A DNA stretch of 64,000 bases, taken from positions 9,922,001-9,986,000 of the forward strand of contig NW_024704742.1 of NCBI RefSeq assembly GCF_018977255.1, in the 5' to 3' direction. The DNA comes from Callorhinchus milii (taxonomy: Eukaryota). The translations under genes and the position numbers were made by a program. Below are positions 13,820-26,839 of the stretch, piece by piece (positions within the stretch are counted from its first letter, which is position 1; every line of letters begins with the position of its first letter). The notes beneath the pieces are model-generated. The model was not told where the DNA came from. It saw nothing but the letters and a program-made list of their open reading frames with translations, and did not search any database.

Positions 13820-14172
13820 TACCAGTTTACTATGAAGTGGACTGACATTGTATTTTGTAGACAAACATAGCAGTCAATTTGCACAACAATGTCCTAACAA
13901 CAGTCTCAAAGTGAGTGACCGAAGAAAAGAAAAACTCCCTTCTCTTTTCGAATATTGCCATGAGATCTTTAACATTCACCTGACCAGGCAGACGGGAACT
14001 CAGTTTAACATCTCATCTGAAGGACGGGATTCCAAAAATGCAGCACATCCCCAGCAGTGCCTTGAGAGTGTCAGCTTAGACTTTCTGAGTTCCAAGTTGG
14101 GGCTTTGACTTGGGGCTTGAACCAACAAACTTCTATCTCAGAGGCAATAGTGCTACCAACTAAACCAGGCTG
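13820..14172 (-). mobile_element. DeuSINE copy
   Basis: Aligns by eye with 490-856. Confidence 0.7.
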
Positions 14173-14621
14173 GCAACATATCATTACAATATAAAGCATA
14201 TGGTAAGATAGTAGACAGATGGCTCTGGGAACAGGACACAGATGCATTTTAGGCATGAGGATTTGGGGGAGGATAGGAGCCTGAATATCTGGCTTGTGAT
14301 TATACCCCCTCACAGTCACCTACAAACGAGGCAAAACAGACGTGGAACAGAAAAAAATTGAGTACAACTGTTTATACTGTTCACGGTTTGAACCCAGAAC
14401 ACTCAGATCTTAAGAAGGAAGAAGACACAACACGCAAATAACGGAACTGAAGGCATTGTATTTGATGCAAAGAGGAATTTCAAATTCAGGGTGTGAGAAA
14501 GAGAAGTTGTTGTATAAAACCTTTCTCAAGCCATAATAAAATTTGGTTCAAAGATATAACCAGCCCACACGTACCCAACCCCGTTACTAAAGCACTGGGG
14601 AACCTGAGCACATTCAGCTTT

Positions 14622-14930
14622 AATAACAATAATCCTTGCATTTGATATAGCGCTTTATCACATCTTCAAGACGTCTCAAAGCGCTTCACAGAATATATTG
14701 TAAAATGAATTGTCTGTATATATTGTGGGCGAAACGTGGCAGCCAAGGTCACCCAGCAGTGTCCCACAAAGTTGTGGATTGAAGTGACCAAATTATTATT
14801 GTTTTTTTTCCTGATTATTATCAGGCGTGTGGAGTAAGGGAACTTGCCCAAGGTTGCATCCTGCTGGGAATCGAACCAGGTCTCTCACCTGCAAGGCGAG
14901 TGCTCTAACCACTGAGCTACAGGGCTCCAC
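14622..14930 (-). mobile_element. tRNA-derived SINE, internally deleted variant
   Basis: Head and tail present; the central CTGTTTACC...TTTTCC segment is absent. Confidence 0.85.
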
Positions 14931-17239
14931 GATATAGCATCATAGTTCACTCAGTTGAGCAGGTACACACACATACAACAAGATTACATTTGTATAGCGC
15001 CTTTCACGTTGGGACGGTGTCACACAAACAACATCCACCGATTGCTCGTCGAGATTTCTCAAAGCCCTTTACTCTTGTCATGACAAAGCAATCAGTTAGG
15101 AGCTAGAGTTGGGCATTTTCAGATTCCTTTACATTCCGCTGTTGGCAGCATTGGCATAGTACAGCCCCAATCATTATTTTGCCTGTAAATTCAGTCACTG
15201 CACTTTGCAGTAAATTCTGTGAAGCAATTTGAGGCATCGATGCCATGATAAGGTGCTATATCAAATGCAAGAATAAATTGCTATTATATTTAAAAGCCCG
15301 AGAATTTCTGCATAAGCTGATTGTAATAATTAATTTAAAAAAATAATAAATTGGTCACTCAATCCACAACTGTTGGTGCGCAATTGGCTGCCACGTTTCG
15401 CCCACAAAATATACAGTCAATTCAATTACACTATATTCTGTGAAGCACTTTGAGACGTCTCGAAGACGTGATAAGGCGCTATATCAAATACCAGGATTAT
15501 TATTATTATATTATTATTATCTACCTTCAACCAGCACACAATCACTAATTGGGGGAAAAGACAAAAAAAGCCCTGGTCTATTTCCACTGCCCTCTCCCCT
15601 CCTTCCAGTCAATCCGGGTAAACTCCACCATCACAACAGGGTTACAGCAGGATTGTACAGGCATCAAAGCCAATCACCCTTCCCTTCCAGTGGAATTCAT
15701 CCACAGAGATGCCAATCTACAGCTGTAGAGAAATAAGGAACTGAAATTTCATTATCTTTCATGCCAACTCTACCAAACCAAAATAACTCTTAAACCAGAA
15801 AAAGACTACTTATTAAAGACAAACTCCTTCAACCAGCAAAACATTTTTTTTCAAAGTAGCCAAGTAGCGTTTTTCTCAGTTCATAGGCCAGCAGCTAGGC
15901 TGCAAAGCTACTTGCCTGAAGTAATTCTACTTTTTGAGACTGGCAATGAGTCAGAGAGAAACCAGTGACAGCAGTTGAGTTATTGAAGAGCCACATTGAT
16001 ATTTCATATTAGCTCAGCTGGTAGCACTCGCCGCTGGGTCAGAAACTCCACATCAGGACTTTAAGCTCATATAGCCTAGGCTGATACATCCAGTGCAGTG
16101 TTGGAGAAACGCTGCTGTGTTGGAGGTGCAGTCCCACAGAGGAGAAGGCACTGGTGGATGTCACAATGAAACGAATGCCACAAGGCAGATTCTTGAGGTA
16201 ATTAAGTGATACAGTCGTCGCCCTCTCACACTGCAAATCGTTTATCAAAGCTCACCATGTTCAGGAAATATATGCCTATGGTTTTAATCCTGGTCGTTTC
16301 ACAAAATGCATCTCTCAATAGCACCAACCAACCCTCCGCAATTCCCTGCAAAATTTGTCATATGCCTGCAATTTCTGGCAAATATTTCCGCATTTTAGGC
16401 CCAGCGCATGACCAATGGAGTGCATTGACTTAGCAGGTAATTGACATTAAATCTGGTAAATGCACGGCAATTGACATTAAGTGTGGCGAATGCACATTAT
16501 TAACATTACAAGGCCTCGAGCCCACTGAGTCATTTCCAGAGTAACTTCACCTGCCAATTAGGGTTACACAGTCACTACAATTCACAGTAAATCCTGCTTT
16601 CTTTGACATGTTAAGATGATGTGATAGGGCGCTATAATAATAACCCTTGTATCTGATGTAGCACCGTATCATGTCTTGGAGACATCTCAAAAGCGCTTTG
16701 CAGAATATCAGTTAGTTGACTGTGTATTTTGTGGGTAAAACGACGCAGAAGCCAATTGCACACAGCAGTGTCCCACAAACAATCATGGATTGAGTGAACA
16801 AATTATTATTTTTATTTTAAAGGAATTATTACCGCCATCAATCGACTAATAACCGGGTTCCTACTTACTGCTAAGTAAACAGAAGCGTGTGGAATAAGGA
16901 AACTTGCCTGACTTTTCATGCGATCTTGAATGCAAGGATTATTATTTTATTTAACACTCCCATTCCACCTCCTGCTCATCAAGGGAAAAAAAAGAGGCAA
17001 CAGATTCACTTAGAGAATTGGCATTGTGTAGAATCTCTTTCATCGTTCAACATTCTCACCATCTGCTCCGATTGTAAATATAATCCTTGCATCTATCTAT
17101 CATTAAGCCTACATCAAAATGTCTTAAGTTCTTCAAAGGTAATTGATATAAAATGCGGTGTTTCACATTTGTAGGCACACCCAGCAGCTATTTTGTGCAC
17201 AACAATGCCCCAGGAAGTTCTCAGGGCAAGGAGATGGAT

Positions 17240-18050
17240 AAAGACCATTAGCCCCCATCCTCGCTCGGCTTCACTGGCTACTCAAACCCCAGCAGATCGA
17301 ATTCAAGATCCTCGTTCTCAACTTCAAATCCCTCCAAGGCTTCGCCCTTACCTCTGAAACTTCCTTCAACCGTACCTCGCCTTTAAGGCCCTCCATGGCC
17401 TTGCTCCTTCCCACTTCTCTGACCTACTAACCCCATATCAACCTGTCCGCTCCCTCTGCTGGCTCCAGCCTGCTCCACGGCCCTTCGGTGGTCGGGCCTT
17501 TAGCCTCTCAGCCCCCACGCTTTGGAACTCCATCCCATATTCTCTTTGCCTCCCTCCCTTGCCTCCTTCAAGGTACATTTCAAGACTCCCTTCATGCCTT
17601 CAGCCACCATCCTACCCCTTCCATCCTCTCTAATCTCAGCCCCCAGCTCGGGTCCAAATCCCTAACTGTCCAGGGCCTTTGGACATCCTCCCAATGTGAA
17701 AGGAGCTATACAAATGTAATTTTGTACTGTATTTTGTATACCGACCCGACCGCTCTCTTCGCTCAATGCCTTCTTGATATTCTCCGCCCTATCCACCCCA
17801 ATATTGGTGGGTAGGCTTTTAGCCATTCTGCCCCTGCTCTGTGAATCTCCATCCTGGAGTACCTCCGACTCCCTCCCTCCCCACATTCAAAATTTCTGTC
17901 TTTCACCACATTTTTGGTCATCTTTCCCCTCCCTATCCCCACCCGTTTCGGCTCCCACCCCCAGCTCGGGTGCCCAGCCAGCAGAGACAAGCACTTAGAG
18001 ATGTCCTCTTGATGTGAAAGGGCGCGATATAACTGGATTGTATTGTATCA
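17240..18050 (+). mobile_element. Tandem L2 3' fragments
   Basis: HWL..QQIEFKIL.L.FK and RAFS.SAP.LWN coding remnants, with two L2 tails ending in ATTGT-like repeats. Confidence 0.75.
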
Positions 18051-19399
18051 ATGCTGGGCCTGTCAGGGTCGCCCACATCCCTAGAGACATGCAACAAAAC
18101 AGAGAACTGTTGATGAACAGTCAGTCATCTCTAGAACAGAATGGGAACAACTGGTTCCACAAAAACTAAACGGACATAGCTGCACACAGCTCGCTCAAAA
18201 ACCTGCAGCATAAACATTAAAAGGAAAGGATGGAAAAGGCGCTTTCCCGGAATAGCTTCACTTAGAAACACAAAAGTCACTAAATCTGTGAATCATGTGA
18301 AGCGCTTTGAGATATCAAGACGATGTGATGAGGCACTGTATTAAATGCATGGATTATCATTGTATTTAGCTCCCACATTCCACCTTCCGCCCATCACTCC
18401 CAACTACTCCTCTCTTTTGCCATCTGCCACTCATTAACGTCCCAGGAGCCGAGAAAAACAGAGAGAAACCAAAAAAACATGGCCAATTCGGAGAAAAAAA
18501 GTCACTGAAAAATTCCTCCCTGATTCCCAAAGCCATTCAAGTGAGCTCCAGCCGAGCCCCTACCACTGACTCCAGTGAGACAGGAACAACAGACTGCAAT
18601 GACAGTTGTTAGCTGGCAAGTAAAAAGAACGCATTCTCCCTCTCTCACGCGTTCTCTCTCTCTGGAATAACACACTGTGGTTCCTAGGATCCTGGGAGAC
18701 CCAGCCAAAGCTCACAGCTGCAGTCTGACCCATGCCTGGAATGTCAGCAGGAATGTCGACAGAGCAAACCGCAGGCAGACACCGAGGAGTGGGATGTGTC
18801 AGATACATGACACGTTCCACAGAAAGGTGCACAAGCGTAATTAGCTCTAAACCACAGCTCACAAGCCATGCGATTCTTCACACACACACCGAAGACTTAC
18901 TGCTAACCTAGTTTTTTTGGGGTAATTTAGGTGGAAACCCATCACCATGCTTAAGAGATTGTGGTTCGCACTGTCTCTGGGGGACCCACTCTGCTAACCT
19001 AATTCCTGAAAGGCTGAGGTGCAGATCGGCAGAAATCAAGGCTTGGGACCACAGAGCGTGCATTGGGGTACTGTAAGCTTCCCCACTGCTTGTCAAGCTA
19101 ACACAACCCTAACCCTTATGGCTTTGGGTTGCATGGTTAACAGCTGTTGAATGGAGAGAATACCTGCCCCCAGTGACTGATCTGCCCCTTCAACTCCTAC
19201 TAACTGCGTCAGGATGACTGGTTTTGATGGCTGTTTGTAGGAGGTTGCTTTGCACAAATTGGCTGCTAAATTTGCCTTCAAAATACACAGAAAACATTTC
19301 TTAGTAAATCCTGTGATGCAATTCGAGTCAGCCCTGTGATGTGAAAGGCACCATAACAAATCTAAGGATTATTGTGAATACATTTTTATATTGGGTTTT

Positions 19400-19740
19400 T
19401 GAGCTCAAACTCTGGGTTGATATTCCAGTGCAATGCTGAGGGAAATTGCATTGTCGGAGATGCCGTCCTTCGGATGAGAAATTAAACCGAGGTCCTGTTC
19501 AGGTGCATGTTAAAGACACTATGGCACTATTCGAAAAGAGAAGGGAGTTTTCCCTGGTGTCCGGACCAATAATCTCCCAGATTAAAAAAAATTGTCACTC
19601 ACGCACGGGTGTTTGTGAGACAATGCAGTGTACAAATTGGCTGCTGTGTTTGCCTAAAAATAGATAATTCACTCCACAGAAATAACTCTGAAACGCACTA
19701 AATATGACACTAAATCAAATGCATAGATTTATTATTATAA
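19400..19740 (+). mobile_element. DeuSINE copy
   Basis: TTGTCGGAGATGCCGTCCTTCGGATGAGAAATTAAACCGAGG...ATGGCACTATTCGAA Deu core. Confidence 0.8.
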
Positions 19741-19815
19741 TACACTTAAATGGCGGTAATCTTCTGTGCGTGTCAAGACATCTGGCTGGCTAAAAAAAAT
19801 TAATCCATTATTTAA

Positions 19816-20160
19816 AAAACAACAAATTACATTTGTATAGTGCCTTTCACGTCAGAAGGACGTCCCAAGGCGTTGAACAGTCAGGGTGTGTGGAGGTCAG
19901 GGTAGGAGGGTGGCCAAAGGCACGGGCAAAGAGGATACTTGAGAAGTGCCTTGGAGGAGGCGAGGGAGCGAGTTGAAGGGACTGTGCGAATGGAGCTCCA
20001 AAGGGTGGGAGCAGAGAGGCTGAAGGTCCGACAGATGATGGTGGGGTGGGCCGGGCGGGGAGGACATGGAGCAGGCAGGAGCCCGCTGAGCGGAGGGAGC
20101 GGACAGGTTGATATGGTGTTAGCAGGTCACAGAGGTAGGAAGGAGCAAGCCCATGGAGGG
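19816..20160 (-). mobile_element. L2 3' fragment
   Basis: Reverse complement of the L2 3' end with (GTT)n tail. Confidence 0.75.
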
Positions 20161-20931
20161 CTTTGTGTAAAACAAAACAACAATTAAGAAATTAATCCTT
20201 GCATTTGATATAGCGGTTTCCATGCCAGAATGACCGTAAAGTATAGTGTATTTTTGTGGGCAACCTCTGGAAATTTTCTTCCACAATTTTCCCTCCTCCA
20301 CTTCCGCCCCTATTTTCAATGGGTTTCTCAGAATAAAACTGCAACAAAGTCAGTGTTATATTTAGCAACTAGTGGATGACAAACCCCAAATTCTATTCAC
20401 GACCTAAACATGACAGATTTCACCACAAGCAACTTCCTGAGCAAGACTATAGCAGTCACACGCAGAACTGTTTTCGGTTCTTCTCAGCCATACTCTCTCC
20501 TACTTATTCTTTACAATAATAATCCTTCATTTGATACAGCACCTTATCGTGTCATTGAGATGGGATAAGACACTAAATCAAATGCAAAGAATATTATCAT
20601 TGCAGCAGACAATTTGCACACAGCAGTGTTTCACCATGAAACGAATGACTTAATTTATTTGATGATTGGTAGCCAGAGCACCAGAAGAAACTCCTTTCTC
20701 TTTCAATAGTGCCATGGGATCTTTAACATCCACTTGAACAGGCAGATGAGGACCTCTGTTTAATGTCCTATTTTGCATCTCCAAAGACACAGCATTCCCC
20801 CAGTACTGCACTGGAAGGTCAGACTGCACAATGACTTGCAAGGGCTTGAATCCACAACCTTCTGAGCCAGAGTGGAGAGTGCTACCAGGGAAAGAGATTT
20901 GCAGAGGCAGGAAAAAAATAGGAGAGAATTT

Positions 20932-21350
20932 AACAACAACAACTTGCATTTACACAGCACTCCTCATGCAGGATAGCATCCCAGCGTGCTTGACAGTAGC
21001 TGAGCACAATGCTGAGTGGCGGGGAGGGGGAGGTGACCGTAGTCACGGTTGAAGAGGGAAGGTCTTAAGGCACGACCTGAAGATGGGGAAGGATGGGGGC
21101 AAAGCGGAGGGATAGAGGAAGTGTTCCAGAGTTTCGGGGCTTAGTAGCTGAAAGCACAGCCACCAATGATGGAACGGAGGGCACGAGGAGCATGGAGAAG
21201 GCCAGAACCAGTTGAGCGGAGGAAGCTCAGAGAGCTAGGGAGATGCCAGGGCATGAAGAGATTTGAAAACGAGTGTGAGGATCCTGAAATCGATCCATTC
21301 GGCTATTGAGAGCCAGTGCCTGGCTAGAACTGGTGTGATGGGGGTACGGA
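20932..21350 (-). mobile_element. L2 3' fragment (second subfamily)
   Basis: Similar to 38663-39225; tail AAATGCAAGTTGTTGTTG. Confidence 0.7.
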
Positions 21351-21599
21351 GAATTTAAAATATATATTTTCTACTCATTATTCTCTCCTCTCTTGTAGTG
21401 CCCCCCACTCCCACCAAACAAAATGTGTCGAAAACACACATAGACACAAGCTCTCAATCACTCTGGCATCTGTTCGAAAACTGAGCCCTCACTAACCATA
21501 CTCACTAAAGATCTCAGCTTCTCTACTGAGTTAGCAGATCAACTAAGTCAGGGGATTTACAGGAACCTTGTACTTTATACTTTAGCACCTTTGGGCTCA

Positions 21600-21840
21600 G
21601 AGAGAAAGAGAGGGGGGAGGGACAAGAGAAAGAACGGGGTAAGAGAGAGGGGGGAGGGCTAACAGAAAGAGAGAGGGAGGGGTAGGAGAGAGGTGGGTAA
21701 GAGAGAGGGGGGGAGGGGTAAGAGAGAAAGAGAGGGAGGGGTAGGAGAGAGAAAGTTAAGAGAGGAAGGAGTTAAGTGTGTGTAAGAGAGAGAGAGAGAG
21801 AGAGAGGGGATAAGAAAGGGGGGAAAAGAGAGAGGGGAGG
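21600..21840. repeat. Purine-rich (GA) low-complexity tract
   Basis: Repeated GGTAAGAGAGAGGGGGGA units and (GA)n. Confidence 0.85.
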
Positions 21841-22679
21841 AAAAAAAATCAGCCCGGATTCTCGCTCCCAATCACTACTGCACAGTTTCCTATATATGGG
21901 GGGTGTCTGCCAGCATGGGGCACGGTACCCCAGCGCGAGGCAACGCCTTTAAGAGAGGAGAGGAAGGAGAGAGAGCAATTCCTCCAGGACTGAGGGCAAA
22001 GAGAAATACTGTATCTTCAGTCCTGTAACAACAACAACTTGCACTTATATAGCACTGCTCACACACGGTAGCGTCTCAGAGCGCTTATCTTCTGTACTGT
22101 ATGTCTGGGGGAGCGGGGTGGGAGAAAGGAGTTACAACAGTGCCCCCCCCCCATATATATGAGGGTATGACACTGAGCCCTGGGAATGGGCAAAGGAATT
22201 CCACAAATTTACACTCGCACCACTTTGAGGAGTTAGGAACCAGACAGCAGAAAGGCTGCAGGAATGGGAGGGAATTGACAACAACAACTTGCATTTACAT
22301 AGCGCCCTTCACGCCGGACGGCGTCTCGGAGCACTTTACTGTCCAGCAAGAGGACAGAAATCAAAACATATATATATTTTATATATATATATAAATATAT
22401 ATATTTTATATATATAACTAGTCAAACTGCAGAAATTGTTTAAGAATTGTTTAAGAAAATTGTTTAAGAAAGGCCACGTTAGACAGTGAGTGGTGGGGGG
22501 ATCACTAAATACTTTACTCAGTTGCACTTTGTGAGCTGCGGCCGTCTGATGTGAAACTCCAGGAGAGGGGGAGAGGGAGAGGGGGAGAGGGCTCAGTGTC
22601 CGGCTGCACCGTGTGGCACTGCTGAAATCACACAGCGAGAGAGCGCGCTTCAAACCAAAGGTCTGCTCGGCACCAGGCC

Positions 22680-23752
22680 ACACAAACACAGCACAAACAC
22701 AGCACAGCACAGCACAGCAAACACAGCACAGCACAAACACAGCACAGCACAAACACAGCACAGCACAAACACAGCACAACACAAACACAGCACAGCACAA
22801 ACACAGCACAAACGCAGCACAGCAAACACAGCACAGCACAGCACAAACACAGCACAGCACAAACACAGCACAGCACAAACACAGCACAAACACAGCACAG
22901 CACAAACACAGCACAACACAGCACAGCACAAACACAGCACAACACAGCACAGCACAAACACAGCACAGCACAAACACAGCACAAACACAGCACAGCACAA
23001 CACAGCACAGCACAACACAGCACAGCACAGCACAACACAGCACAGCACAGCAAACACAGCACAGCACAACACAGCACAGCAAACACAGCACAAACACAGC
23101 ACAGCAAACACAGCACAAACACAGCACAGCAAACACAGCACAAACACAGCACAGCAAACACAGCACAAACACAGCACAGCACAACACAGCACAGCAAACA
23201 CAGCACAAACACAGCACAGCACAAACACAGCACAGCAAACACAGCACAAACACAGCACAGCACAACACAGCACAGCAAACACAGCACAAACACAGCACAG
23301 CACAACACAGCACAGCAAACACAGCACAAACACAGCACAGCTACAGCACAAACACAGCACAGCACAACACAGCACAGCACAAACACAGCACAAACACAGC
23401 ACAGCACAAACACAGCACAGCAAACACAGCACAAACACAGCACAGCACAACACAGCACAGCAAACACAGCACAAACACAGCACAGCAAACACAGCACAAA
23501 CACAGCACAGCACAACACAGCACAGCAAACACAGCACAAACACAGCACAGCACAAACACAGCACAGCAAACACAGCACAAACACAGCACAGCACAACACA
23601 GCACAGCAAACACAGCACAAACACAGCACAGCAAACACAGCACAAACACAGCACAACACAACACAGCACAGCAAACACAGCACAAACACAGCACAGCACA
23701 AACACAGCGCAACACAAACACAACACAGCACAACACAACACAGCACAGCCAC
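22680..23752. repeat. ~1.07 kb complex microsatellite of CACAG / CACAA / CACAAA units
   Basis: Directly visible; almost T-free on the + strand. Confidence 0.97.
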
Positions 23753-23921
23753 AGCGCTCCGGTAAACTTCACAACCATAAGTGAAAGCCCAAATCCCTGA
23801 GTGCGCTCCGTCTGAGCCACATCCCCCGATGGGAAAGGGCGCAGTTTAACTGCCGTTTGTGGAGGGAGTGAAGTCCTCACAACAACCTCGGAACTGACCC
23901 CCACTGCAGCACAATGTGAGA

Positions 23922-24110
23922 CCCCCCACACCCCCACACCCCCCCCACACCCCCACATTCCCCCCCTCTCCCCCCCACACCCCTCTCCCCCCACACCCCC
24001 TCTCCCCCCCACACCCCCCCTCTCCCCCCCACCCCCCCCACACCCCCCCTCTCCCCCCACCCCCCTTCTCCCCCCCACACCCCACACTCCCCCCACACCC
24101 CCTTCTCTCC
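23922..24110. repeat. C-rich low-complexity repeat
   Basis: CCCCCACACCCCC/CTCT units. Confidence 0.9.
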
Positions 24111-24231
24111 TCTATTTCTATAACACACACTTTCAGTCCCAATTGCATTAAAGAACAGGTATTACCTTCAATGTGGAATCACAATCCATAACGGCCAAAA
24201 AGTGAACTGTTCACAACTCAAGTCGCTGCCC

Positions 24232-24731
24232 GAACCCCCGGACCCCCCCCCCCGCCCAGACCCCGGCCCCCGCCCCGGACCCCCCCCCGCCCAGACCCCG
24301 CCCCGACCCCCCCCCGACCCCCCCCCGCCCCCGCCCAGACCCCGCCCCGAGCCCGGACCCCGCCCAGACCCCGCCCGAGCCCGGACCCCGCCCGACCCCC
24401 CCCGCCCAGACCCCGCCCCGACCCCCCCCGCCCAGACCCCGCCCCGACCCCCCCCGCCCAGACCCCGCCCCGACCCCCCCCCGCCCAGACCCCGCCCCGA
24501 CCCCCCCCCCGCCCAGACCCCGCCCCGACCCCCCCCCGCCCAGACCCCGCCCCGACCCCCCCCCGCCCAGACCCCGCCCCGAGCCCGGACCCCCCCCCCG
24601 CCCAGACCCCGCCCCGAGCCCCGGACCCCCCCCCCGCCCAGGACCCCCCCCCCGCCCAGACCCGCCCCCGCCCAGACCCCGCCCAGACCCCGCCCCGAGC
24701 CCCGGACCCCCCCCCGCCCAGACCCCGAGCC
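24232..24731. repeat. CpG-rich minisatellite, ~25 bp unit CCCAGACCCCGCCCCGACCCCCCCG
   Basis: Directly visible tandem units with variable poly-C length. Confidence 0.93.
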
Positions 24732-24837
24732 GCTGTGCTCTGTGTCCTCAGCCGCTCGGCATTAGCTGTGGAGGCCTTTCCCACAAACCCCTGTGACGGT
24801 GACACTCCCCATTGCTCTGTCAGCCTCGTGTCTCCTC

Positions 24838-26327
24838 CACACCTGTCCCAGTCCTGCACCCCCCCCCTCACTCCCCCCCACCTGCCCCAGTCCTGCACCC
24901 CCCCTCAGCCCCCCCCCCCACCCCCCTCACTCCCCCCAACTCACCCCCCCTCTCACCCCCCCCACTGCCCAGTCCTGCCCCCCCTCCCCACCCCCCCCTC
25001 ACCCCCCCACCCCCCCCTCACTCCCCCCACCCCCCCCTCACCCCCCCACCCTCCCAAACCTGTCCCAGTCCTGCACCCCCCCCCCACACCCTCACTCCCC
25101 CCACACCCCCCACTGCCCCCCCTCACTCACCCCCCTCACTCCCCACACCCCCCCCTCACTCCCCCACACCCCCCCTCACTCCCCCACACCCACCCACCCC
25201 CCCCCTCACCCACCCCCCTCACTCCCCCTCACTCCCCCCACCCCCCCTCCCAAACCTGTCCCAGTCCTGCACCCCCCCCACAACTCCCCCCCCCCCAACA
25301 CCCCCCCACCCCCTCACTCCCCCCACCCCTCACTCCCCCCCCCCTCACTCCCCCCACCCCCCCCCTCCCAAACCTGTCCCAGTCCTGCCCCCCCCCCAAC
25401 TCACCCCCCCCCACACCCCCCACCACCCCCTCTCACCCCCCCCCTCCCAAACCTGTCCCAGTCCTGCCCCCCCCCCCCTCACACCCCACCCTCCCAAACC
25501 TGTCCCAGTCCTGCCCCCCCTCACTCCCCCCCACCCCCCCCACCCCCCTCACTCCCCCCCTCCCCCCCAACCCCCCTCACTCCCCCCCACCCCCCCTCCC
25601 AAACCTGTCCCAGTCCTGCACCCCCCCCCACCCCCCCACCTGTCCCAGTCCTGCACCCCCCCTCTCACCCCCCCACCTGCCCCAGTCCTGCACCCCCCAC
25701 CCCCTCTCACTCCCCCCCCCCACTGCCCCAGTCCTGCACCCCCCCCCACACCCCCCACTGCCCCAGTCCTGCACCCCCCCCACCCCCACCACCTGCCCCA
25801 GTCCTGCACCCCCCACCTGCCCCAGTCCTGCACCCCCTCCCACCCCCTCTCACTCCCCCCACCACCTGCCCCAGTCCTGCACCCCCCCCCCCCACCACCT
25901 GCCCAGTCCTGCACCCCCACCCCACCCCCCCTCTCACTCCCCCCACACCCCTCTCACGCCCCACCCCACCTGCCCCAGTCCTGCACCCCCCCTCTCACTC
26001 CCCCCCTCATTCTCACTTACCCACTCGCTCCCCACTCCCCCCCCCTCACTCCCCCCTCCTCCACCCCCCCTCACACCCCCCCCTCATTCTCACTCCCCCC
26101 TCCTCCACCCCCCCTCACACCCCCCCTCATTCTCACTCCCCCCCTCACTCCCCCCTCCTCCACCCCCCTCACACCCCCCCCTCATTCTCACTCCCCCTCA
26201 CTCACTCCCCCTCCTCCACCCCCCCTCACACACCCCCCTCATTCTCACTCCCCCTCACTCCCCCCCCCTCACTCCCCCCCCCTCACTCTCCCCCCCCTCA
26301 TTCTCACTCCCCCCCTCACTCCCCCCC
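24838..26327. repeat. C-rich complex tandem repeat with recurring CCTG(T/C)CCCAGTCCTGCACCCC and CCCTCACTCCCC / CCTCATTCTCACT motifs
   Basis: Directly visible. Confidence 0.93.
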
Positions 26328-26329
26328 TG

Positions 26330-26640
26330 GTTTGCTGCTCAGTGACCGCCTCCTGACACGGCTCTAACTTTCACACTGGATATTTGACGTAACTTTTTAC
26401 ACATTTCACTTTGACATTTTGTGACGTCAAATATGAAGCCTCTCCACGTGGCCCCGTGAGGGGTAACCGTGTAACCGCCGGGCACAGCGGCGGCGGGCAG
26501 CAAGCCCCCGGCCCGGCCCAGCCCGCGGATAGGGGGCGGCGGCGATTTGGAGGAAAACTCGCGGCCAAATAAATTCTGATGTATAAAGTGGGACGGCATC
26601 GCTGAAATGTATGACTTGGTGCCCGCAGTTAGTTTCCTTT
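26330..26640. promoter_or_regulatory. CpG-rich promoter/enhancer-like segment, possibly an alternative PSD promoter
   Basis: High CpG density; TGACGTAA at 26385, CRE TGACGTCA at 26422, E-box CACGTG at 26445, GC-box-like GGGGGCGG near 26531. Confidence 0.5.
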
Positions 26641-26839
26641 CGGAGTCTCTGTCAGTGCAGCTGATTGACGGGAAAAGCTGCCAACTTGAGTGTCGGTCTG
26701 AACCAGCGGATAGCAGAGAGGCCCATCAGCACACACCCCACCGGGGGCACTTGGTTAACCCTTTTCAATGAGTATCGGTGCAAAGGAGGCAACTTGCAAC
26801 AGCCCTCGGATAAAGAGGCGGGTGGCTACTTTGACAATG

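Noticed and set aside
22336..23800. Long Cys/Val/Leu-rich and Thr/Gln/His-rich ORFs
   Set aside because: Products of a stop-free microsatellite, open in several frames on both strands.
24838..25990. Constant motif with variable spacers, superficially CRISPR-like
   Set aside because: Spacers are low-complexity poly-C of irregular length; eukaryotic context and no cas genes.
24202..26367. Proline-rich extensin-like ORFs of up to 536 aa
   Set aside because: C-rich repeats open in all three frames; no splice or homology support.
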